A DNA stretch of 64,000 nucleotides. It comes from Octopus vulgaris (Eukaryota). Below, piece after piece: positions 13,463 through 26,774 of this stretch. The position numbers and the translations under genes were made by a program. The stretch lies in assembly GCA_951406725.2 (NCBI GenBank), contig OX597815.1, positions 192,696,001 to 192,760,000 on the forward strand, in the 5' to 3' direction. The first letter of the stretch is position 1. Each line of letters opens with the position of its first letter. The notes beneath the pieces were generated by a model, which worked only from the letters and a program-made list of their open reading frames with translations, was not told the DNA's origin and searched no databases.

Positions 13463-14377
13463 CTGGGTCATCCCATAAACAATAGTGTTTTTTATACTTC
13501 TTTTGTTTTTCAAGATTAAGATAAACAAAGTTCCTTTTTAATCTAAAATATACTCTCCTTCATTTTCTACAATGCTCTTTCATCTATCTGGTAAACTTGC
13601 AAGGCCCCTCTTCCAAAATTCCACTTGTCCGTGATGAAAAATACTCCTCAAGTACTGCTCTGACCTCGTCTACAGAATTCATATTTTTTCCTTCCGGATG
13701 ATTTTGAATACTGCGGAATAAATGATGATCTGATGGGGCAATGTCCGGTGAATATAGTGGGTGGGGCATCAGTTCCCATTCAAACTGCTCCAGCCTTTGG
13801 AATGTCATTTTCACTGTATATGGCCAAGCATTATGATAGAACACCTTTCACCTCGAAACCAAAGATGGCCATTTTTCTTCTAGCATTTACTTGAATGACT
13901 CACTGAATGACTAAATCCAAGCTCCTCTGCGAGATCCTCAACAGTTACGATGAAATTTTGTTCCACCAGAATTAGCAGGATGTCCTTGTTGAGCTCCAGA
14001 GATCTTCCAGGACAAGGCTCATCTTCTAGACTGTAGTTTCTGGCTCAGAAATTCCGGAACCACCATTGACAATGAATTAGGCTTATTGTCCAATCCCCAT
14101 ATACTGCATTAATATTTCTTGCACTTTCCGTTGTTGCCTTTATTGAACTCATAAAGCAAAATATGCTGAATATGCTCCTTTGTCATTTCCATTATAGCTT
14201 CGAAAAAATAACTGTTAAAATCGAACTGCACTCTTCAAAACTTGCACTAAGAATAAGAGCAAGGTAAAATTACTACTTGCTTTTATAGTAAGTTGATGCA
14301 GGTAGATAACCCATAACCCTCCAACTTTTAGTTCATACAATTGAAAAAAAATCGCATTTTTTTATGGGATGAACCAA
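13463..14377 (-). mobile_element. Internally deleted mariner element; transposase pseudogene about 13538-14192
   Basis: TA-flanked TIRs CTGGGTCATCCCATAAA / TTGGTTCATCCCATAAA. Peptide remnants MEMTKEHIQHILLYEF, FYHNAWPY, HPLYSPDIAPSDHHLF and R*KSIVENEGEYILD*. Confidence 0.88.
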
Positions 14378-14393
14378 TATATAGAGAGGAAAG

Positions 14394-14622
14394 GCGGCGA
14401 GCTGGCAGAAACGTTAGCACGCCGGGCGAAATGCGTAGCCGTGTTTCGTCTGCCGTTACGTTCTGGGTTCAAATTCCACCGAGGTCGACTTTGCCTTTCA
14501 TCCTTTCGGGGTCGATAAATTAAGTACCAGTTGCGTACTGGGGTCGATATAATCGACTTAATCCGTTTGTCTGTCCTTGTTTGTCCCCTCTGTGTTCAGC
14601 CCCTTGTGGGTAGTAAAGAAAT
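14394..14622 (+). mobile_element. SINE family B, young copy
   Basis: Full B consensus with TSD tatatagagaggaaag at 14378-14393 and 14624-14639. Confidence 0.92.
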
Positions 14623-14888
14623 ATATATAGAGAGGAAAGCCATGGATCTGGTGTTGAAATGATGTACAAGTTTGCATACTCTCACCAGCCTTATTCCACT
14701 ATGAGATATATTTGATGCTGTCCTTTACTTTCATTGACAATCAGTGAGTACAACTAGGTCAGGTTATAAACACTCACAGACCTTGTTTTACTATTTAGGT
14801 AATATTCCTCTCATAAGCTGATATCCATGGAACCACAAAAACCTCACAAATGCTTTGAAGTGGTTGGCCTGGGTGGTAATATAGTCAA

Positions 14889-15119
14889 GGTGGCGAGCTG
14901 GCAGAAACGTTTGCACGCCGGGCGAAATGCTTAGCGGTATTTCGTCTGCCGTTACATTCTGAGTTCAAATTCCACCAAGGTCGACTTTGCCTTTCATCCT
15001 TTTGGGGTTGATAAATTAAGTACCAGTTACACACTGGGGTCGATGTAATCAACTTAATCCTTTTGTCTGTCCTTGTTTGTCCCCTCTGTGTTTAGCCCCT
15101 TGTGGGTAGTACAGAAATA
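14889..15119 (+). mobile_element. SINE family B
   Basis: Full B consensus with TSD ggtaatatagtcaa at 14875-14888 and 15120-15133. Confidence 0.92.
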
Positions 15120-17272
15120 GGTAATATAGTCAAAGCCAATGGCTTACTAGCTTGTTTTATTAAAAGAAATGTGTCATCACTGTCAATAAAATTCATTTAT
15201 TCCCTTCCTACAAACTGGGCAAGCCATAAACAAAACTGCGTTTAGCCCATTTGACCAAGTACAACCACCCCTTGTTCAAGCTTGTTACACTGCGAAACCA
15301 CAGTCATCTATTTTCAGAACCCTAGTTAGGTCAGACATGTTGACAAACTCCAGAAGCCTTTCATTTATGCTATCAGTCCTCTAGTTTAATATTTCAGTTA
15401 AGAGAGCTTTCATAGTTGGCCACTGAAATCATGAGTGAAGGTCAATACAGACAGAGCATGAGGTGGGTTCAAATCCAGTCCAAACTGATGAAATAGTAGT
15501 TAGCAGCAAGTATTCAGCTGAAACGTTCAACTAGAGGAGTCAGTTAAGCCTGTCTCCCGAATGTCAATATAAAAACAAATAAGTATTGAAATTCAGTTCC
15601 TATAAAAAATAGAAAGATAATAGGAACTTTCAAACACAAAAGAGGAAAAACATGCATAATATAATAAAGAAAGGGTTGAACTCTGAAAAATATCTGAAAT
15701 TAATTGAATGCATTTCATAAGAAAAAAGAAACATGGTAGGAAAAGAAATTACTGATATACTATATAGAGAGAAAATAAGATCTGAAGATAATAAGAAACA
15801 AAATTAGAGAAAACATCTTTTTTTTTTTTAAATAATCAAAGTAATATCATGGAACTTTTTTTTTTTTAATATGAAAATAGATTGAAGCAAGTTCTTGGAA
15901 AATAAGCTCAAAATAGAACCAGAAATATAAAGTTAATTCAGATGATCAATTCTCAATAAGGGCACCAAATATAAAAACAAAAATAAATAAAAAAAAAGAC
16001 AGAAATTAATCTGGCAAGAAGTATCCTGTAAGGAATACATTCTGATATCATGAAATAGATTCTTGAAATAACTTGAATACTTCAATTGTTCTTTCATTGT
16101 ATGAATTTATAAATGGTTGCAGCTACATGTATGTACATAAGCTGGTCTAACATTTAGATATGTACACAATTGTTCTTGAAAATAATAAACACAAGATTAC
16201 ATTGTTTCTAAAACCATTAGAAAGAGACATAAAGTGTTCACTATATGCGGTTTACCTTTTCTTTCCTGGTGTATACAGACACACAAACACATGCAGGTGA
16301 AAATGTGAAAATATACAACCAATAAGAACATTGAGAGCATTTAATTCCATACTTGATACAAGAATATTTGAATGGCTGTAAGTAAACCTATATTGATCCA
16401 CTTTTAGAAGACACTTGAAAACTGATATTACGGTAAAAGTGGAGTAAAAGGAGAGGTGAAAATAAAGATATATAGGTACAGCTAATATCATATAATAAAG
16501 TACTGTGGTAAAAACAATAATTTAAAAGTGTTCTAAGGATTTGTAATTATATAACGCAGTAGTAGTTAGTGGTGAATGTGATATGTCAAAAGAAACTAAA
16601 TTACAGACTACCAAATCTTGATTGAATATCTTATGGTATGTAAAGATTTTAAGAAATCAAAATCTAATAGGAGTCACAGCATGGTCCACAATTAACAGCA
16701 CATGCTTGAGATAAGAAGCAAACACCGTTGGTGGGCTTGCAATGTATTCTTTCATGGATAAACTTAAGATGGTGATGTAAATCTGCTAATTTACTAGACT
16801 GGTTTTGAAAATTAGGCAGAATGTGATAAGAATGAATAAAGGAAACGCATTATCAAACCTGATTTATCAAAAGAGATACAAAGGTCAGAACTAAAATTCA
16901 GTGAAATTGAACTATCTTGGGTATCAATTAAAATAGCCTGAATACTAAGGGTCGGAAATAGAAGAGCAAAGGAGAGATTGTTTGAAATATATATTGAATA
17001 AGAATTTATCTGAGAAATTTAGTTTGGTTCTTGTAATATTTCTGTAGTTAATTGTAGATGGTAAACTTGAAGCAAACAATCTCAACTGTAGCTATTTCAC
17101 TTCACCTCATAGCACTAATTCTCTTGGGAAATGCATAAACATTACAACTATCAACTCTTATTCGTTTAAATTTTTAGACATTCTAATATAACTGCAAAAA
17201 CCAATGGGGAAATCAATCAGTTTTATTATTTTTAAGAAATTTGAAGACAACCATAGAAAGCTTGGTCTAAAA

Positions 17273-17668
17273 CAAAGGCTCTCAACCCATTTTGACCAAA
17301 GCCCCCCCCCCCCCCTTTTGATCCTTGGAGTCACAAATGCCACCCATCCTCTAGTAGATATTTTTATTTTTCAATATACTACTTATTTTGATATCGGCAG
17401 ATAATGATTAAAAAATAAAGGACATCATTTTACATCTGCACTTGTACACAGTTGGAAGTACAGGTGTACAAATTGAAATGAAAAACATGAAATGATAAAT
17501 TAAAAGTTTGGTAATTGCGCTTATTTCCACCATGCGACACTTATGAGATCAACTGTCAATCGAAAGAGTGCTCTTTGGTACAAGAGAGCCCCATTGCTCC
17601 AAAACGCCCCCTCAAGCTCCAAATGGCCCCACCCCAGGAGGCCATATGGTCCCCATTGAGAACCTTTG
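17273..17668. mobile_element. hAT (Charlie-like) MITE
   Basis: TIRs CAAAGGCTCTCAA / CAAAGGTTCTCAA, 8-bp TSD gtctaaaa / gcctaaaa and C-rich subterminal motifs. Confidence 0.8.
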
Positions 17669-18274
17669 GCCTAAAAGCAGATATGCTTTACAAAAACAGC
17701 TAAAAGCACCAAATAGTAGAAGCGCCTTTAAGAGGTATGTTACAACAAAGTAAAATAAATATATGGTATATTCCAAACTGTTACAGTTCACCATATATGA
17801 TAAACCAGTGTATGTCAGAGTATGCAGGGTTGTCTTCCTGTAAGAGAAGCACGATATATCTATGGCAATGAATCCGCAGCCTGTACATAATAGTTTGACA
17901 TTTTATAAATATATCATATGCCTTCTCGTTAAGAGCTGAACAGCACTATACAACAGCATAAACATATTGGAATGTTATTAAAAATTACATGTTTTTATTT
18001 TTTAATATAACTTTTTGATTTTCAAAAGTTAATAGCTAATGTTTTTAAATAAGTCTATTATTTATATGATGACTGATAAGAATAAATGCCTACAGCATTA
18101 TTTTCCAAGGTTATATCAGCAGAATATGCTTTTATTCATTTGAACACCAGTTATGAGTTTACGACACCAATTTGTTACAAATGCTATGAATGGATGTATA
18201 GTATATTGTATCACTTTACATAGAAAAGTTCCTTAATTAACAATATATCATGGTATCAGATTAATGATATATCA

Positions 18275-19746
18275 TTATCAATGCCGTGTAATCCTAAGCA
18301 GACTTGTGGCACATAGTCAGCCAAACAAATTAGTATGGTCCTAAATCCATAGCTGTATCTATACCATGCCTTCATCTAATTGAAAACTACTCTGCACATT
18401 TTGATATGTAGTGGTTGATTGTATGTACTGTTTTGTGGTACTCTAGACAGAATGTACTCTCCTGAGGAAGCTTGTATACTGTTGCTAAGCCTGCTAGATA
18501 TAGCAACCATATATGTCCCTCAAACCACTCTCTATTATCTTTAAAATGGTTGTTTTTATATTGGTTGACTCAGTCTTGGATATAATATACCAGAAAAGAA
18601 GGTAGGATGATAAACAAAGCTAAAAAAAAACAGGTGAATTATAAAGATTTGTCACAAAAAGATCTATCAAATACATCACTGATCTGCGGTGATATATTTA
18701 GCACACATAGAACAATTTTTAATAGAGTTTTTTTTTTCTTGTATATGGTGTCTAGTTTGTTCCAAATCAAGCTGAAGTCAATTTCACTTTTTGTCCCTCT
18801 AATATCAAAACTATCACCAGTAAACTATTGTGACTACATGAAATGTATCCCTTCCTCTATAAAATTTGATCTTGTGCTTTATCAAAGAAATTATTTGTAT
18901 TTGTATTGCCAGCTAAACAAAACTATGAGAACTTATTATTAATAATAATTACTTTTAGAATACTTGTCTCAGCCATCTGTTATTTCTCTGCAGATCATAA
19001 GTTAACCAGCAGGTATTAGTAACAACCATTTTGTTAATGCAGAAAGAAATCTCATATCAATTATCATTAATTCTAACATATCATATTTTAACCCTTTAGC
19101 ATTCAGATTATTCTGTCAAACGTAATGCTTATATATTCACATTGTTTTGAATTACTCATGCATTATCTTATAGCTTTCAGATTTCAATGACATGATGTTT
19201 CATGCTTAGAATGACGATGTTGGAGGAGGTGTGAGAGGTTTGATTCTAGCCAGTTTGAACATAAAACAGAAAGACTATTTGGCTGGATGTGACCAGTTTA
19301 AATGCTAAAGGGTTAAGGTCATCAGTTAGTTGCAGTTCAGTCATATTCACATTTATATTGTTATGCCTATTGTATCGTTAAGAGTTAGAGCTGACCACGC
19401 CATTGTGGTGTTGGCCTATCAGAAAAATAAATTGTTTGAATCGAGTTAACAATGCTATGCCAAGGACCTGGCAAAGATACTTAATGGCCTGGGGTTCTCA
19501 GCAGAAAATATGTACCATATGAAATTTAAGTTCACTGTTGTAAGCAACAAGGATATGGCATAACTAACTAGATGCATTTGGATGATGTTTTGCTAGCTTT
19601 AAGTGCTGAGAGGTATCAGCACTTTATCATTGCTGTGTAATGCTAAGCTGACTTGTGGCACATAGTCAGCCAAACAAATTAGTATGGTCCTAAATCCATA
19701 GCTATATCTATACCATGCCTTAATCTTATTGAAAACTACTCTGCAC
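18275..19746 (+). repeat. Dispersed direct duplication of about 123 bp (18275-18397 and 19624-19746)
   Basis: Both copies read ...gacttgtggcacatagtcagccaaacaaattagtatggtcctaaatccatagct...tgaaaactactctgcac with few mismatches. Confidence 0.9.
19092..19312. mobile_element. piggyBac-type MITE family D
   Basis: TTAA TSD and a perfect 12-bp TIR CCCTTTAGCATT. Confidence 0.88.
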
Positions 19747-19927
19747 CCATCTTATTGAAAACTACTCTAGACCAGTGAGAGGTCTAGAGACCTCTCATGG
19801 GTCTAGAGAAATAACAGGATCCATTCCAGACCTCTTATTGCATTTTAAGAAAATAAACATCCTTTCCCTTGAGGCAATAAAGTTAATCACCTAATTATGA
19901 ATATTTCTGGTTGAGAAACGTCTAGGA

Positions 19928-20210
19928 CAACGGTTCTCAACTGGGGTTCAAATGACACTAGGGGGGTCCATATGACACTGGGGGGCCCAATTGACACTGG
20001 GGGTCCATACAAGATTTTGTTGTTAAAACTCATGTGTAACAAATTGGTTATACTTCTAGAATGCACAAAATTGTTTAACATATTTTCAATACGACTCCAA
20101 ATAATATTTAATTATAAAAAGTAAAATATGATTTTTTTTAACATTGAATTACTACAAGTAATGTATCAAAGATGTCCATAAGTAAAAAAAAAAATGGTTG
20201 ACAACCACTG
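19928..20210. mobile_element. hAT (Charlie-like) MITE
   Basis: TIRs CAACGGTTCTCAAC / CAGTGGTTGTCAAC, TSD gtctagga / gtctagaa (NTCTAGAN target), and three subterminal tgacactrggggg repeats. Confidence 0.82.
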
Positions 20211-20719
20211 GTCTAGAAAGACATCAAATAAATGAAATACTGACACTGAGAGATATATGAAATAAAAAAATAAATGAAACATTTATTCATCACAATTTTT
20301 TATACAAGCTGTAAGACAAAGTATACTTCAAGAATCTTTATTCTGAGATTACGGATAAAGACAAAAGTTTTGATATCAGGTCTCATAAAAAAAAATAAAA
20401 TAAAATGAAACAAAAAATTCAGTATAACACAGTAAATATCATGATACATCTAACTGTGCAGTGTGCAATGCTTAAGATAGGCAAAATATTTCATAACAAG
20501 AGACAGAATAATTAGTTACATGTGATAAACCACAATAACGTTATCAAATGAGCTTAATATTTATGAATGATTTACCATCTTTGATGGGTGTGCTAGGTAA
20601 ACCTGCACACTCAGAACACGCATAACTACAACATTGACACTCAACGATGATGGTGAAAGTCAACACTAACAATCACTCTTGTAACTCAGATTTCTTCTGG
20701 TTTATCTGACTTAATGAGG

Positions 20720-20934
20720 TACTCCTTTACTCTTTTACGTGTTTCAGTCATTAGACTGTGGCCATGCTGAAGCAACGCCTTTAGTCGAGCAAATTGACCC
20801 CAGGACTTATTCTTTGTAAGCCTAGTACTTATTCTATCGGTCCCTTTTGCCAAACCACAAAGTTATGGGGACATAAACACACCAGCATCAGTTGTCAAGG
20901 GATGTTGGGGGGACAAACACAGACACAAACTTAT

Positions 20935-20997
<63 letters not shown>

Positions 20998-21160
20998 TAC
21001 GACAGGCTTCTTTCAGTTTCCGTCTACCAAATCCACTCACAAGGCTTTGGCCGGCCCGAGGCTATAGTAGAAGACACTTGCCCAAGGTGCCATGAAGTGG
21101 GACTGAACCCGGAACCATGTGGTTTGTAAACAAGCTGTTTACTTACCACACATCCACTCC
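20720..21160 (-). mobile_element. SINE family A
   Basis: Family A consensus with a long internal (TA)n. Confidence 0.9.
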
Positions 21161-21599
21161 TTACTTTTCACAAGTAAATGACATCCAGGAGATAAACCTA
21201 GTACAAAATCTTTAATAAGAAACAAGAAATAGAATTTTTTCAGTCAAAATCCTATCAATATCAAAATAACTAAGTATGGCCTTTTTTAGTTCAAATTCCC
21301 TGTGCTTTGTTGTCCATGTAAGCACCTGCACTTAGCAGTGAAGAACAGTTACCAGTTCATCGGGAAGTATTACTTGAAATAAACTGTTATTTTATGCAAA
21401 AGGAGATTTAAATCTTAATTGCTTCATGCCATGGAACTAGAGCTAAAGTCAAGAATACTTTGGGATAAAGGATTTTCCTCTATCCCAAAGTGCTCTGAGG
21501 TTTAACTTCAGTTCTCATCAAAGTATCTACTTTGAATCAGAGATAAATGCTAGCTTTTAAAGGCTTTTTAGAGCTTAGGAAGCGTTCACACCGAGATAA

Positions 21600-22160
21600 A
21601 TGGAAATGTATTGAGAAACTTTCTTTGGAAATTAACTATTCATAATTAACTGTAATTATTCAAAGAGTCAAATGGCTTCTAAACTTAAAGCTGGATTTCA
21701 GTGAGAGGGTATTTCAAATGCCACATCAATAAGATATCGGTTAGCTTGGTGCTTAGACAGTCTCATATGATTTACATTAACATCTTTGCTATCAATTTAT
21801 GAAGTAAAATTCATTATGATTTTATGCAAATAAAGATTGTGATAAATAAAGAATGGAAATAATTCAAACATCTATGTCTATATTTGTCTGAGAATTCAGT
21901 AAGATGGGTAGGATATGCTGTTCGAATGAAGGATGAGAGCATTCTGAAAATTCTTTTGTATGGTCAACCTGTAGAAGGACACCATAGTAAAGGAAGATCC
22001 CCATCCTTAGGTATAAGGATAAGTTGAAGCAATCACTGAAAGTCTCTATAGCTTAATTTGATATCTTGGGAAAGTCATTGCCTAGATTGATTTGTATGGT
22101 GTAAAATGTGTCATGATGCATCAAAACAAATTGAGTTGAAGAAACAGAACAAGAAAAGAA
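21600..22160 (+). pseudogene. RTE-clade LINE C-terminal remnant
   Basis: RWVGYAVRMKDESILKILLYGQPVEGHHSKGR...RYKDKLKQSLK matches the RTE C-terminal WxGHxxRM...LYGEL...GRP...YKD pattern. Confidence 0.7.
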
Positions 22161-22243
22161 TTGTATCCTGCAATCAACAGACACAATCCCAGGCAAAATC
22201 AAAATCACCATTGTCTACATTGTGACTTCATAGCAAAATCCTA

Positions 22244-23010
22244 ATCATCATCATCATCATCATCGTTTAACCCTTTTGTTACTATATTTATTTTGAGATG
22301 CTCTGTGTTTCTTTCAAATACTTTCAATATAACAAATAATTTAGTAAAATAACTAAGTTATCAATAAGCTAGTGTTAGGAACATAAATTGTGACTAAAGT
22401 TTGGTGGAAGATTTTAATTCAAAACTTATGAAAACAAGACGTTTGTACTCAGAGCCAGAGCTGGTTTCAGCCAGGTTGGTATCAAAAGGGTTAACGTCCG
22501 TTTTCCATGATAGCATGGGTTGGATGGTTCGACCAGGGTCTGTGAAGCCAGGAGGCTGCACCAGGCTCCAGTCTGATCTGGCAGTGTTTCTACAGCTGGA
22601 TGCCCTTCCTAACGCCAACCACTCCGTGAGTGTAGTGGGTGCTTTTTTACATGCCACCGGCACAGGTGCCAGGGGAGGCTGGCAACAGCCACGATCGGTT
22701 GGTGCTTTTTACGTGCCACTGGCATGGAAGCCAGTCACGGTGAAGCTGGCATCGACCACGTACAGATGGTGCTTTTTACATGCAACCGGCACAGGTACAA
22801 GCGGAGGCTAGCAATGGCCACAATCGATTGGTGGTTTTTATGCGCCACCAACACAGAAGCCAGTCAAGGTGGCGCTGGCATCGGCCACATACGGATGGTG
22901 CTTTTTACGTGCCACCGGCACAGGTGCTAGGGTAGGCTGGCAATGACCACGAACGGTTGGTGCCTTTTATGTGCCACCGGCACGGAAGCCAGTCAAGGCG
23001 GTGCTGGCAT
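22244..23010 (-). mobile_element. Retroposon family C, (GAT)n-tailed, with six internal tandem modules; interrupted by MITE E
   Basis: Tail catcatcgtttaa|cgtccg and body ggatgcccttcctaacgccaacc. Modules start at 22638, 22701, 22768, 22830, 22897 and 22959. Confidence 0.9.
22271..22490. mobile_element. piggyBac-type MITE family E, inserted into the TTAA of family C
   Basis: CCCTTTTG...CAAAAGGG termini with duplicated TTAA. Removing it restores the family C sequence cgtttaacgtccg. Confidence 0.92.
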
Positions 23011-23563
23011 CTGGACTCAAATTGCATTCATGCATCTATCACAAATAGACATGGCTTCTTTTATTCTTAAAGTGGATTTTTCTTTGTTTCACATTTTTTC
23101 TTTTTCTCACTTTGTTGTGATTTTTTTCCTTTGAATCCTCTCCTTCAAACACTCACATATCAAACTTGATGGGAGTGACCATTGTAATATATACAGTATT
23201 GACTTATAAACCTTTATTATACTTAATTGTAGATTATGGTTGCAAAACGAAATATGGTGCAATTAATATGTACATACCAGTTGCCAGGAATATGCTTAAT
23301 ATGTCAATTGGTCTATCCAATAATGTTACACTGCTAAACATAGTGGCAATTAAAGCAATTTGTTCATGGATGGATAATGGGTTGGATGTGATACTGAAGA
23401 AGGAGCAATAACTCACGAAATGTGCATATACACTTACTACCTATCTTTCTATCTTTGATTACATTGTTTACATAGACGTATTCATATACAAAATATCGCA
23501 ACTTTCAGTGTTGGCTCTAATTTCTATAGAAAATTTGTAGAGATAACTTAAAAGTGATATATA

Positions 23564-23604
<41 letters not shown>

Positions 23605-23629
23605 TATAAAGGGTAAAAGATAAAAAAAA

Positions 23630-23965
23630 ACCCACTTCAGTCATGAATGACTATGGGATTCCATCTAGAAAGTTTCCCTTCAAGGCACAAATCTGGTCAA
23701 GGTTGTTTAAGGAAGACCAGCAGTCGCCCACACATACCAGCCTCCCCTCTCCATGCCATCAATGTTATCCAAGAGAAAGGCAAAGGGGCCGATACAGCTT
23801 GGCACCATTGACATCTCAATTCATTTCTACAGCTGAGTGAACTGGAGCAGCATGAACTAAAGTGTCTTGCTCAAGAACACATCACACAGCCTGGTCTGGG
23901 AATCGAACTCAATACCTCATGATTGTGAGCCCGATGCTCTAACCACTGAGCCATGCACCTTCACA
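23630..23965 (-). mobile_element. CORE-type tRNA SINE (family G)
   Basis: Reverse complement TGGCTCAGTGGTTAGAGC (A box), GAGTTCGATTCCC (B box), then GTGTTCTTGAGCAAGACACTT...CCAGTTCACTCAGCTG (CORE-like). Confidence 0.82.
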
Positions 23966-23967
23966 TA

Positions 23968-24378
23968 TTACTCTCTTTACTCTTTTACTTGTTTCAGTCC
24001 TTTGACTGCGGCCATGCTGGAGCACCGCCTTTAGTCGAGCAAATCGACCCCGGGACATATTCTTTGTAAGCCTAGTACTTATTCTATTGGTCTCTTTTGC
24101 TGAACCGCTAAGTGACAGGGACATAAACACACCAGCATTGGTTGTCAAGCAATGCTAGGGGGACAAACACAGACATGCAAACACACATGCACACACATAT
24201 ATATATACATATGTACGACGGGCTTCTTTCAGCTTCCGTCTACCAAATCCACTCACAAGGCATTGGTCGGCCCGAGGCTATAGTAGAAGACACTTGCCCA
24301 AGGTGCCACGCAGTGGGACTGAACCCGGAACCATGTGGTTTGTAAGCAAGCTACTTACCACACAGCCACTCCTGCACC
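23968..24378 (-). mobile_element. SINE family A
   Basis: Family A consensus, abutting the family G head. Confidence 0.9.
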
Positions 24379-24864
24379 CTGTATTATATACTGTATTGTA
24401 TCAATGAATTTTGATTGACCATCAGACCAATTTAGCAGTCAGCAGGACACTACGAAAACAACCAATTGCAGTATTGCCGGTTTAAATTTAGTTAATCACA
24501 AACACAGACGATTCCGTAGCAGAAAAGTTATTTTAAAATTTATTTATTTAATTATATTCCTAATTGAAGGATGCAAATAGGCTTGGCTTACATGCATACA
24601 CATAGTTTTGTGAGAAATTGAAGAGTGACAGTAATGAAGATTGAATATATTAATGATGGTAAATTAAAGGATTAAGTGAATATATTATTGATGCAATATT
24701 CTCATAAAGGACAGATTGAATATATTAGCAAGAGTATATTCCAATAAATTTAAGTATGAATATATCAAAGATGGTATATATTCCAATAAAGAATAGAATG
24801 AATATATTTATAATGACAGATGCTAATAAATTATCATAATCATAATAGTAATAATAATAATAAC

Positions 24865-24914
<50 letters not shown>

Positions 24915-24959
24915 AGATGATGATGATGATGATGATGATGGACTCTTTTGTTGAAGATG

Positions 24960-25238
24960 ATGTATGAGTTTTCAGCTTTTGCATAACGACCCGCATAAAT
25001 GATTTGTTCATAGTGATCAAATGTATGTGCCGTGCATTAGCTCACAACTTCCATGAATTCAATGTTGCCTGAACAGACGCACAATGTGCCGTGCGTCGGG
25101 TGTCACAGTGAGCACAGAGCAATGAGAGATGAAGTGTGTTTGTTCAAGAACGCAGCACACCATCCAGTCTAGGAATTGAAACCGCAATTTCCTGATTGTG
25201 AGTGCAACACCTTAAATCACTAGGCCAAGTGTCCTCAC
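24960..25238 (-). mobile_element. Older family G-related tRNA SINE
   Basis: gttcaagaacgca...ggaattgaaacc...gattgtgagtgcaacacc...cactaggcc resembles the 23630-23965 head; the 3' part differs. Confidence 0.65.
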
Positions 25239-25310
25239 ATGGCCTTGTAGTTAAGATGTTGCACTAGTAATAACAACAACAACAACAGCAACAACAATAA
25301 TAATAATAAT

Positions 25311-25696
25311 CCCTTATTCTAAAGGCACTAGGCTTGAAATTTGGCAGGAGGGGACTAGTTGATTACATTGACCCTAGTATTTCACTGGTACTTAATTTAC
25401 CGATTCTGAAAGGATAAAATGCAAAGTTGACCTCAGCGGAATTTGAACTCAGAATGTAGCTGCACACAAAATACCTATTTCTTTACTACCCACAAGGGGC
25501 TAAACTCAAAGAGGACAAACAAGGACAGACAAACGGATTAAGTCGATTACATCGACCCCAGTGCGTAACTGGTACTTAATTTATCGACCCCAAAAGGATG
25601 AAAGGCAAAGTCGACCTCAGTGGAATTTGAACTCAGAATGTAACGGCAGACAAAATACTGTTAAGCGTTTCGCCCGGCATGCTTACAATTCTGTCA
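25311..25696 (-). mobile_element. Dimeric SINE B
   Basis: A B monomer (25475-25696, head slightly truncated) fused to a headless second monomer with a different tail. Same junction as 57203-57595. Confidence 0.82.
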
Positions 25697-25724
25697 ATAA
25701 TAATAATAATAATAATAATAATAA

Positions 25725-26750
25725 TTTAATGTCCATTTTCCATGCTGGTATGGTCTGAGTGATTTGACAGGATCTGAGGAGTGGCACAGCCACATCAAAC
25801 TCTAGTATCAGATTCGGCAGGGTTTCTACAGCTGGATGCTCTTCTTAACATCAACCACTTTACAGAGTGTACTGGGTGCTTTTTCCATGCCACCACCACT
25901 ATTAGTAAGGATGCTGTGTAAACTTGCAAGGCAAAAGAAGGAACAAGGGAAAAAGAATAAGCTCTCGTTACTAAGAAGGGTGTATTTGGAAGGTCAAGGT
26001 GGAGAGACAAACACAGACATCTTGCTGTAGAGGAGATACATGGCTGAACGAGATAAAGGGAAGGTACAGATGGGGTGCAAGAACAAAGTGAAGGTACAAA
26101 AGAGGAGCACAAGAGAAGATACAGACAGTGGGTCATAGGAGAGAGTGGATACTTTCATAAGGGTGTGGTGGGGAAGCAACAGATGATTAAAGATAGGATA
26201 GAGGTGAATATAGTGAGTGATGAACAAGGGTGGATGTGCGGTTGAAGTGGAATACAAATATGGAGAGGCATAAGGTGAGAGATATAGGAGTGGCTCAGGA
26301 AGGAGAATACATTAGAATAGGTAGTGCCATGATGTGCAAGGTGTAGGAGCAGTGAAGAGGGAGATATAGAGGTACTTAAGGGGCTGTAGTAAGGTGGGGT
26401 ATGATGATAGGTTTGGTGTTTAGACATTGAGGAAGAAAGCAGATAAGAGAGGTGTTAAGAATGGAGTATAGAGGAAGGGAGGGAGAGAGAGAGCAGTAGC
26501 AGAAGGCTTAGCAAGGATGTGATTGGAAGAAATAGTGTGGGCAGAGATGATAATGAGAAATGGAAGGGAAGGTAGGGAGGTGGCTAAAAGGAAGGGGATG
26601 TAATAGGTGCCAATTCTGCTTTGGGGTGATTACAGTAGCTGGGTAGTACCATAGATGGAGGAGTGATAGGTGCTAGGGGATGAGAATCAAGGATGAAATG
26701 CCTGACATCATATTAGATAGAGAAGAAGTGAGGCAAGGTTCTGTCTTTCA
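25725..26750 (-). mobile_element. Old family C-related element with long purine-rich (plus-strand) body
   Basis: tttaatgtccattttccatgctgg...tctacagctggatgc...gggtgctttttccatgccacca followed by about 800 bp of GA-rich sequence. Confidence 0.55.
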
Positions 26751-26774
26751 GTGAGAGAGAGAGAGAGAGAGATC

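Noticed and set aside
15600-17050. Possible very old LINE remnant (A-rich plus strand)
   Set aside because: Composition is suggestive but I could read no convincing motif series.
22638-23010. CRISPR array
   Set aside because: The spacers are not unique (they alternate A/B), the array lies inside a dispersed eukaryotic retroposon, and there are no cas genes.
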